From Lama glama (taxonomy: Eukaryota): a DNA stretch of 64,000 nucleotides. A model generated the notes under the pieces. That model did no database searches and was not told where the DNA came from. It saw nothing but the letters and a program-made list of their open reading frames with translations. The translations under genes and the position numbers were made by a program. Positions 53,501 to 64,000 of this stretch are shown piece after piece; position 1 is the first letter of the stretch, and every line of letters starts with the position of its first letter. The stretch is from assembly GCA_028534125.1 (NCBI GenBank), contig CM052832.1, positions 16,556,001 to 16,620,000 of the forward strand. Reading direction: 5' to 3'.

Positions 53501-56500
53501 AGCGATTGGGTGCCAAGGTCAGTGTCTAAGACAGGTGGAGGCTGAGGGAGGGCCGGGGTTCCCCAGCGGAGGGCACCCTTTCCTTTACTGGATCCTTCCT
53601 AGGCCCTGCAGATGGAGCTGAGCCGTGCTCAGGAGGCCCGGTGCCGGAGGCAGCAGCAGATGGCCACAGCGGAGGAGCGGCTGAAGGTCATGGCCAATGC
53701 TGTCAGCAGGTATCTGGGACAGAGGGTGGGTGGAGAAGGGTTTCTGCTTCTCCCTGGCTCCCTGGGCACCTTGGAGTTTAAGAGCCTCAGGCAGGAGGGG
53801 CTGGAGAGCTGGCTGGGTGGAGGATGTAGGGCTGGAGGTACCTGGTCCTGTAAAAGGCTCTGTTTGTTTTTTCCTGGGGCAACCCCTGCACATTCACATC
53901 AGGGTCACTTGTTATGACTCCCACCCACTGCGTGTTTGGCTGGAGAAGAGGCAGCGTTTCCCCTGGCGGTTAGTAACAGCTTGAGTTCAATAGAGCTCCT
54001 GGAGTGTCTCCACTGTCAGAACTGTTTGAGGATGGGGTGTGCAGACTCTTTAAAATTGTACAGACGTGCCCTGTTCAGTTGGAAAAAAATTAATCTATTT
54101 ATTTTAAAGCTGTACACCCACAGGCAGCCCTTGTTTTGTTGTATTTGGCTTTTTGCTTCACAGATACTGTGTTTTTTTTTTTTTAACACATTGAAGGTTT
54201 CTGGCAGCCCCGCGTTGAGCAAGTCTATTGGCACCATTTTCCCAACAGCATTACTTTTTAATTAATGCTGCTTGTTAGTGTTTCGTTGTTTTTTTTTTTT
54301 TAGACATAATGCTATCGCCAACTTAATAGGCTACAGTATAGTGCAAACATAACTTTAAATGCCCTGGGAAACCAGAAACTTCGTGTGACTCGCTTTATTG
54401 CGACATTCACTTAATTGCGATGGTCTGGAACTGAACCACAATCTCTCCGACGTCTGCCTGTACTTGCTTACTAGATATTCTGTCTCAAATGTATGCCAGT
54501 TTCCTTTTTAATGAATTGCAAGCCTGTCCCTGAGACCAACTTCCTGGGTGTTTCCTTCACAGCTGTTCTATAACCTTTAGAAAGACCTCTAAGGAGAAAC
54601 ACAGGTTTCTTTGCACTGGTAACAACCCCTCCTCTGCTTTGGATGTGGGGGGCACTGGGGCGGTCCACTAGAGCACTTAGCAGGGTATCTGGCTCGTCAT
54701 CTGTGCCCTGTAAATGTTCACTGTTACCATGAGGCTCTTCTGGATGGATCACATAACACTTTTTGGCTTAGCCAAATTGTGATGCAGGATGGGTCCTCAC
54801 TCGCCATCACCTTCTGTTGGACTAGTACCTTGAGGACTAATTTAACTAAAAAAAAAAATCATAAAAAATTTCAAACACACACAGCATTAGAGAGACTAGT
54901 TATGATGAAGCACCACCCAGATTCACTCCACCCCACCTGCCTCCTACCTCCAGGAGAACAGAAAGATACGCCGTGGACAGGCTTTTACTTTGGTACCAGG
55001 ACATTACTGAAATGGTTCTTGGTAATGATTTATTGCCAAAACATCCACAAGGCTTAAAACAACCCAAATTTGGATTGTTGCCCGGTTTGTTAGTCTCTAG
55101 ATGGCTTGTGGATCTTTTCAGGGAAGGGCTTTCAAAAGAGTCACTGTAGGTGTTGGAAGCATCCACTCCAACAATTTTCAGGTAGAAGTGATCTCTGCTG
55201 TGCTGCTAGGGATACAACCTTCAGCCTTGTCATCTGCTTGTTTTCCTGTTGGTGCAGGCTTGCACTCTCCTGGGGAGTTCCAGCCCGGCCCCTGGTTGCT
55301 GCCTGGTTGTAGTCCTCCCTGGGGGCCTGCTTAGACTTTTCAGCTTTCCTGAGCCCTGTTGGTCCTGCTTTGGGCACAGCCAGCTGGTAAAGCACTTGGC
55401 CTTCATTGATATCAGGGATTTGCTGAAAAGGATAACTTTGATCTCTGATACATAGGCGTGATCGAAAAGCAGACTGTGAGAAAGAAACTTCACAGGTTGC
55501 TGGATAATATACACATTTAATGCCTTCTTAGGGTGAGGGTCACTTAGGAAACTGATGGAAGCTATTGGCTTCATTCTATAGAAAAATGCACATAAGTTCA
55601 TACATCTCTAACGTGGCATACAGCTCCAGGAGATTCCCAAAAGCCAGAGACATACTCAGGGGCCTGCAGGTGAAAAAGTCTAAATCAGCTAGAGATTAGC
55701 CCACTTTAGGGAGCTTGTTTTAGCCCCCGTGGAATCATTACTGGATGCTTTACCGTGTGATGGCACCTGGGCCCAGATAAGGTGCGACCTCTGTGAACCT
55801 CATTGTTTTTCCTGCAGTGCTGTTATTAAAGATGCTGATTGCTAGGACCCAGATGACAAGCTTTCTGTAGGTTTTGGGACCAGAAATAGCTGTGTTTTTC
55901 TTATGAGCAACTGTATGACTTTTATCTGACGGTCACTACAGGGCTTAATCTGTCAAGTTTTCTTTCATGACTAGCAGGGCACAAACTTGGGGCCTCTGCT
56001 TGCCTAGGGCACAAACCTGGGGCCTCTGCTTGCCTTCAGCTTCTCTTCCCCCTGCTCTGATTCCTGCTTCCCGGCTTTCCCCATGTACACAGCAGTACAG
56101 GATGGAGAAGGTAAAGTCCTTTTGGAAGTGAGGTGGGGTTGATGGGTCAGTGACCCTGTTCCTGCTCCAGCTTTCAGACCTGGTTCCAGAGCACTGTGGC
56201 CGAGGTGGAGCGGGCCACGGCCCGGCTGCCCAGCATCAGTGCCCGAGTCAGCTATGCCGTCCGCAAGGTCCACACCATTCAGGGTGGGTAGGGCAACTGC
56301 CGATCGCGCCCTGCCCCTGCCCCACCACTCCCTCTCATCCTATATCCACCCACCTGCCTCCTCCTCCATGGTCCAAGCACCCCCTTTTCCATTCCTCCTC
56401 GTCTCCCCTTTTCTGCTCCATAAATTCATCTCTACCCTTTTCTCCCCCAGGCCTGATGGCTCGAAAACTGGCCGTTGCTCAGCTGCGCCAGGAGAGGTGT

Positions 56501-58908
56501 AGTTTGGGCCACTTGGAGGTGGATCGGGGAGGGGGTGGAGCTTTAAGGTATTGGTTGCTGGGACCCAAAACAGTGAGGATGGGGACTTAGGAGTCAGGCA
56601 GCTGGGTGATCCCCCTGACTCTGTTTCTTGTCCCTGTCTCAGCTGCCCCCCACCCCCACCGGCCAGGGACATGAGCCTTGAGTTGGAGCAGCTGCGGGAA
56701 GAGCGGAACCGCCTGGACGCGGAACTGCAGCTGAGCGCCCACATCATCCAGCAGGAGGTGGGCCGGGCCCGGGAGCAAGGTACGCCAGGTCCCAGAGTCA
56801 CTGGAGTCACCAAGCTCGAGCAGGGGCCAGAGTGTGAGCCTTGGGGTTGAAGAGGAAGAGGGAAGAGCTGGGGCCTAGGGCATTGAGAAGCCTGAGGGGG
56901 CACCACATTTTCCCAGGGGAGGCGGAGCGGCAGCAGCTGAGCGAGGTGGCCAAGCAGCTGGAGCAGGAGCTGCAGCGCACCCAGGAGTCCCTGGCCAGTT
57001 TGGGGCTGCAGCTGGAGGCGGCTCGCCAGGGCCAGCAGGAGAGCATGGCGGAGGCTGCCAGTCTCCGGCAGGAGCTGACCCAGCAGCAGGAGATCTACGG
57101 GCAAGGTGTGCAGGAGGGGGCGTGGGCAGACTCATCAGGGGTGGGAGGGAACCGTGAACCAGAGTCCCCGGATAGACACTCCGTGTGCACCTCCACCCCA
57201 GCACTGCAGGAGAAGGTGGCCGAAGTGGAAACTCGGCTGCGGGAACAGCTCTCAGAATCAGAAAGGAGACTGAACGAGGCTCGGAGGGAACACGCCAAGG
57301 CCGGTGAGATTGGCCGGGGTGAACATGTGTTTCCAGGATGTCATGAGGCATGAGGTTATTTTAAAAACATTTTTTAAAGCTTTTTTCGAAGAGTGCCAAT
57401 CCTGGTGGAATTGGCACCAATAAACTCTTCGGTGGTAAACACACCCATAGAGCCAGCACTCAGATCAAGCAACAGCACGTGACTAGCCCTGAAGCCCTCA
57501 TCCCCTCCCAGTCACTCCCCTCCACAAAGACAACTACCATCCTGACATCTCACACCAGCAGTGACCCCCAGCTTCTCACTGGGGAAAATTTCAAACACCT
57601 AGCCAAGTTAAAAGACTCATGTAACGGATACTCATGTACCTTCTCTGATTAGAGGCAGTGGTTAATATTTGGTCACATTTCCTCTCTATCGGTGTATGCA
57701 CACACATTGATATATACATTTCCGGGGAGGAATCATTGAAAGTAAGTTACAAACATCATGATCATTTAGCTGCATTGCCCACAACTAGGATTGTTTCCTA
57801 TATAACCTCAATACCATTGTTACACTTTAAGAAAATGAACATGAATTACATGAAATCTGATATCCAGTCCCTGTTCAGATGTCCCCTAAGGGACTCCGGG
57901 AAGGTTCGGGGATTGGGGGAGGTACTTTGGATTCACAGGATCCTAAAGCATCAGCCACCCCTCTGTAGGGAAGAGACTGAAAGCCACAGAGCATCAGTGG
58001 CTCCCCGTGTTACAGAGCTGGGGACCCAGTGTTCCTGTCCATCCTTCCAGGCTTGTTTTCATGCTGCCTCATGGCCTCTAGGCCACCCTACACCCGTCCC
58101 CTCTGTGGCCTGGCTTTCCCGTAGTGGTTTCCCTGCGCCAGATCCAACGCAAAGCCACCCGGGAAAAGGAGCGGAACCAGGAGCTCCGGCGCCTGCAGGA
58201 TGAGGCCCGAAAGGAGGAGGGGCAGCGGCTGACCCAGCGCCTGAAGGAGCTGGAGCGGGACAAGAACCTCATGCTGGTAGGAGGCGGCAGAGACTGGGCC
58301 CTTGTTGGGCTGGTTGGGGGCAGAACTGTGGACAGGGGAGGGCGCTGTGCCCGGGCTCGGTGGCGTTTAACCTTCTCCTTCCCAGGCCACCTTGCAGCAG
58401 GAGGGTCTCCTCTCCCGTTACAAGCAGCAGCGACTGTTGGCAGTTCTTCCTTCCCCACTGGATAAAGGGAATCCCGTGGAGTCCAGCCCCGGGTGCCCAG
58501 GGTCTTCAGCGCCTGCACCTCCAGCAGCGGCCCTCTGCACCAAGGAGTCCATCAGAGGTGAGGGGCTGAGGGTGGGGGACTTCAGGAACGTCTCCTCTAG
58601 ATGCTCTGGAATGCACAAGCCTTGTTCTCTGTGACCCTTAGATGCCCACAGCCTCTCTTATCCACGCCCACTGGGGCCAGGAGCCTTCTCCCTCATCCCC
58701 CTCACTTCCCGCAGCAGCCCCGGTCTTCTGCACTGTGAGTGCTCCTGAACGCCTTCTCTTGTCCGCCTCCTGTCCCTCTGGGCCTTCTCTCTCAGGATCC
58801 CTCTCTGTCCTGCTCGATGACCTGCAGGGCCTGAGTGAGGCCATTTCCAAAGAGGACGCTGTTTGTCAGGATGATGACCAGAACTCCTCTACTTCAGCCT
58901 GCCTCTGA
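47507..58908 (+). CDS. CCHCR1: Coiled-coil alpha-helical rod protein 1, 18 coding exons; 845 aa from ATG 47507 or 778 aa from ATG 48007
   Basis: Exons 47507-47656, 47956-48022, 48101-48314, 49556-49859, 51876-52039, 52160-52295, 52478-52588, 52787-52936, 53407-53517, 53603-53709, 56171-56283, 56451-56496, 56643-56779, 56917-57105, 57202-57303, 58125-58276, 58386-58557, 58796-58908. All GT-AG with compatible phases; coiled-coil peptides such as [20 protein letters not shown] at 59041-59046. The start codon actually used is uncertain. Confidence 0.96.
54121..54460 (+). mobile_element. Tigger1-derived MITE in CCHCR1 intron 10
   Basis: CAGGCAG...CTGCCTG|TA ends; same internal motifs as 19800-20272. 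Confidence 0.8.
55976..56035 (+). repeat. 30-bp tandem duplication (2 copies, 1 mismatch)
   Basis: AGGGCACAAAC(T/C)TGGGGCCTCTGCTTGCCT x2. Confidence 0.9.
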
Positions 58909-59804
58909 GCAGCTGGGAGGACCGAGAGGATGAGGGTGGTGGAGAAGTGGGTCCGGGAGGGGCCAGGCCGGCTCTCTTCACCCTCCAGCTCTTCTTGGCG
59001 ACACCAGCCACCAAGATGTCTGAGAATTCTCCTGTGGCTCAATAAAGATGACTACAGTAGAACCGTGGTTTGGACAGTTCTCTCTGGGAACATAAGGGAG
59101 TTTTCTCCCTGCAGCCTGTCCTGTCCGGAAAATGTAGGAAGTGGTCCCCCACACAGCTCTTTTTCTAGATGTTTCTTTTTTCAAAAGCCCTTTCTGAGGC
59201 CGCTAACAAAGTTTTTTCAAGAAGCTCCAGGTTTTTTGTTTTTGTTTTTATTCTCAACTTTTGTTTTTAAACTCTTTGCCTCTGGAAGATGACCAGTGCA
59301 GGGAGGTAAAACATTCACATGTTCATTTGGCATCACAGAGCCAGGCAGGTCCCGGCTCGGGCCACCGCGGCGGGCTGGATGGCTGGGTCCCTGCTCCTGT
59401 GGCACTCACGTGCCGGTGGGACAACAGACAAGTACTTAAGTGAACAAACCAGCATTTCAAACAATAGAGGAAGAAAGTTACAATGACATGACAGAAGCTG
59501 GCTCTGTGGGGAGGGGCGGCACGAGCTGAGGGGCCAGGCAAGGCCTCTCTCAGGAGGGACGTTGTGCTGAGACTGGAGTGAGGTGAGGAGCAGGCTGTGC
59601 AGCCACCTGGGTGCCCTGTTCCTGCCTGGTGAGTGAAGGCCAGAGGGCACGCACAGGGTGGGCAGGCGCAGAGGCCAGAGAAGCATGACAGAGGATGCTG
59701 TGGGAAGAGACCAAGACCTGGTAGAGCTTGGGTTTTACTCTTAAGTCAATAGAAAGTCCTTGGAGTACTTTTAAACAGGGAAGCAGCCACAAAGTTCGAT
59801 TCAC

Positions 59805-59897
59805 TTTTTTTTTAATGGAGGTACTGGTGATTGAGCCCAGGACCTCCTGCATGCTAAGCACCAGCTCTACCACTGAGCTATTACCCATGCCCCCCAC
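59805..59897 (-). mobile_element. Vic-1-like SINE
   Basis: ATGGAGGTACTGGTGATTGAGCCCAGGACCTCCTGCATGCTAAGCA...CTACCACTGAGCTAT. Confidence 0.85.
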
Positions 59898-61191
59898 CCT
59901 GTGGTCTTTGTGTTTTTAAGAGATCTGTTGGCTGGCTGTGGAGGATGGTGTTTTTTTTGAGGGGGTGTGGAAGCAGGGAGACCAGCAAGGAGGGTCCTGG
60001 GGAGACTGGGAAGAGGCAGCTCCCCAGGCTGGGGCGGTGGCAGGTGGGGGTGGGGGAGGAGAGGAATGAAGGTTTCCAAAGTGGGCCACAGGGGGCAGCA
60101 GTGTTCCTTCCGGGGAGCAGACGGGGTGGGGGGGACACAGCCTGGGGAGGAGTCCTGTTTTGGACATGTTACTTCTGAGAGGCTCAGGAGACCTCCAGGC
60201 AGAGGAGTCCTTGCGGAGGGAAGGTTCCAGGGGGGTTGCTGAGAGCCGCAGACAAGACCTAGACTGACATCTGAAGAATGAGGGGAAGGAGAGGATGGGC
60301 ACAGAGAGGTGGCGCCAAGACCGCAGGAGGGGCCAGAGGGGCGGCAGGGAGGATTCCAGGGGGAAGAGGAAGAGGCTGAGAGGACAGGGGAGCTGAGGCA
60401 GCGTCTTCCTGAGCCTCTTGGGTGTGACTGATGAAACCAGCCCTAGGGTGGGGAGAAGGAATCAGGATGTCCTTGAATTTCCTTCATCTGCAGTCACCCC
60501 AGGTGCTCCTGGATGAAATTCCTTGGCTGTCCCTGTGTGCCTGAAGAAGGCACACCCTGGAGAGAGCACACGGGGTCCTAAGGGGAGCGGAAGTTCTGGG
60601 GAAAGAACTGAGCCCCAAGCAAGAAGGTTCAAATCAGGATGAGGTGGGAGAAGCTTGGTGTACCAGCTGAGACCACCCTGGCTGCATCCCAGGTGTTCCA
60701 AGGGAGCACCCCATTCCTCTCCTCCTTGTCCCCTGCAATCACCCATCCCCTGCCTGGCATCCTGCTTCTCAGCCTGTGTAATTAGGCTGCTTCCCCACGC
60801 ATGGTTTGCTCTCATTCCTTGCCTACCAATGGCTTCAAGGGATGAAAGGTGGAAGTCCCTATGATTATGGGTTCCCGCATGGTGTGTGTGAAGAGGGATG
60901 TGAAAACAAGGATGGGGTGACCAAGGTCAAGTTCATCGATAAAGCCAGGATGGCTGGATCCAGAGCTGGGGAACTAAAATGAGGGACGCCACCATCAGAG
61001 GTTACACATTAGCTGTGGCCTTCCAAACGGGTTTGACTAGTTAAATTCTGGTTATATTCCTTGTGTCACTGGGCTGGGCCCTTCCCAGAGATTGGCTTCC
61101 TCCTCTCCCTCCTCCCCTATAAAACCTCTAGAGGTTCCCAGGCACCCAGACTTGGCCCACCCCTGACTTTGGGGGCCAGGAGACAGCCAAG

Positions 61192-62200
<1,009 letters not shown>

Positions 62201-64000
62201 TGGGATCCCCCAGAGGCATCCCGGGCCTCCAGACAGAGTGCACTCAAGATACCTCTACCCTCTTGATTTCCCTTGAATCTCCCCAGTTTAGCCTAACTCC
62301 TTAATTCCTTTGCTTACTCCTTCAATTTTATTCTGTTCCCTGAAGGTGTTGTCATCAATATTTTCTGTCCCCTCCTGAGATCTCTACTTAGCACCACATT
62401 CCCCCTCCTTTTTTCTCTGACAGCAGAAGCGTACACCCCTGCCTCACGTCCAGTCCTCTCCCCTCCCACCTCCTCTTCCCCAAGCCCGGGTTTCCTTGGG
62501 CAGGGCTGGCAGCACTGTGTCTCTGCTGCTACCTGGTGGCCGAAAGCTGGGAACTATCAGGAGCTGACTGCTTCCATGAAATGGAAAAATGAAAACAATG
62601 TTTTCCTAATGTTGAATCTCAGCTGCTTCTTTGCCAATAAACATTCGAATGTCCTCCTCACAGCCACAAACCTACAGAGGTCTGACAGTCATTTGTGTTT
62701 CTGTCTTGCCCATATGCATAAGGATGTGGAACTCAGCAGGTGGAGGGTTGGAAATTTGACTATCAGAGTCACAATGACATTCAGACCCACATGTCTCCCA
62801 TTCTGGGACCTCTATTTTGGAGAATGGGAGATCAAGTTAAGTCTCTGTTTAGTAGTTTGTGGTTTGCATACCTCTGGCTGAACATGAAAACTTTTCCAGG
62901 GGAATTGGGGGGAGGACCAAATTTTAAGGGGATCAATTTTCAGAAATACATGTGTCTCTTCCTAAAATGAATCTGCCTGAGAAGTGTGTCCTCCTTTTCC
63001 ACCTGCCTTCTTTAACAACCCGCACCTTATCCCACTAGACAGAGATAGGCCAAGCTCTCTTGCCTGTAACTGAACCGGACCAGGGAGCTCTTCCTGGCAT
63101 GGCCAAGTGAAATCAATGGAAAATACAAATCAGCCCTTTCCATTGCATTAAGAGATGCATTTTCAGTAAAAGTTTACTTTTCTGTTGACTCATTGTCAAT
63201 ATTTGTAGTTTTGATCAATAGCATCTTGTAATAATTGTAATTATAAACCCAGTGCAGAATACCTATTTTTAACATTTTGAGTCTTACGGTCATAGAAAAT
63301 AAATTTCAGTTTATGTACGTATTTTGTTACAGGGATATACAATAAAAGACTTTCCGAAGATACACTAAAATACAAAAAAATACAATGAAAAAAGTTTCAT
63401 TAGGATAAAACTCAGTAGAGAAAGTGAAATGGGAAAAGGAACTAAAAAGAAAAAGAAATGAGGTAAATTGGTTGACTGGCTAACGGACTTGTTCACTTAT
63501 TAAAAGGGTGTTAATGAATATGAAAAGGCTATGGTGTTATAGTCCTGCTACATTTAAAACAGTGGTGTGACTTTTAAAATACGTAAGTATTTACATATTT
63601 TAAATTTACATATTCAGAAAGCATACCCTTGGCAATATTTAAACATATGATTAAAAAATGTTAGTTGTTGACTTTAAAATGTGAAAGAGGTACATAGTTT
63701 TCCAAAATTCTTTAAGGGAGTATTTGAGCAGGACAGTTCGAAGGACAGGAGCCCAGAGATCCCGACAGCCTAATGTCAAACAAGCGGCTGGACAGGGTGG
63801 GGTTGAGAGGCTCAAAGAAATGAGAGTTCAGTGACCTTAAACTCTACCCTTTAGGACCCAGTTTGCTTATGTGGTAACTCCCATCAAAATCTATAAGAGA
63901 CTGTTCAGAATTCAGAAATAACCTTAGAACACAGAAGTATTGTAGGGGTAATTTGACAGGCCCCATAGTGGACTAGATTCTCTCACTCATTCATTCAACC

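Noticed and set aside
56340..57351. 254-aa and 158-aa minus-strand ORFs
   Set aside because: Antisense shadows of CAG/GAG/CTG-rich CCHCR1 exons.

Overview
This is mammalian genomic DNA from the MHC class I region, at the beta-block/framework boundary. It is most likely a camelid, judged from at least 11 copies of a tRNA-derived SINE resembling the camelid Vic-1 family. Five intact multi-exon genes could be spliced by hand: an MHC class I heavy-chain gene (- strand, 9470-12588, 361 aa, several non-classical traits), POU5F1/OCT4 (+, 36890-41349, 360 aa, with upstream CR1-CR4 elements), TCF19 (-, 343 aa), CCHCR1 (+, 778/845 aa) and PSORS1C2 (+, 135 aa, missed by the ORF track). Other content: a TAF13 processed pseudogene inserted inside a SINE, an old segmental duplication flanking the class I gene (1-2510 vs 21678-23523), a 500-N assembly gap, and nested L1/L2/LTR/Tigger repeats. 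I found no convincing wholly new biological system. The best leads are the TAF13 retrocopy that appears to preserve an alternatively spliced mRNA, the non-classical features of the class I gene, and an ISRE/NF-kB block present in only one duplicate. Comparisons with human sequences and repeat consensi are from recall and need alignment to confirm.
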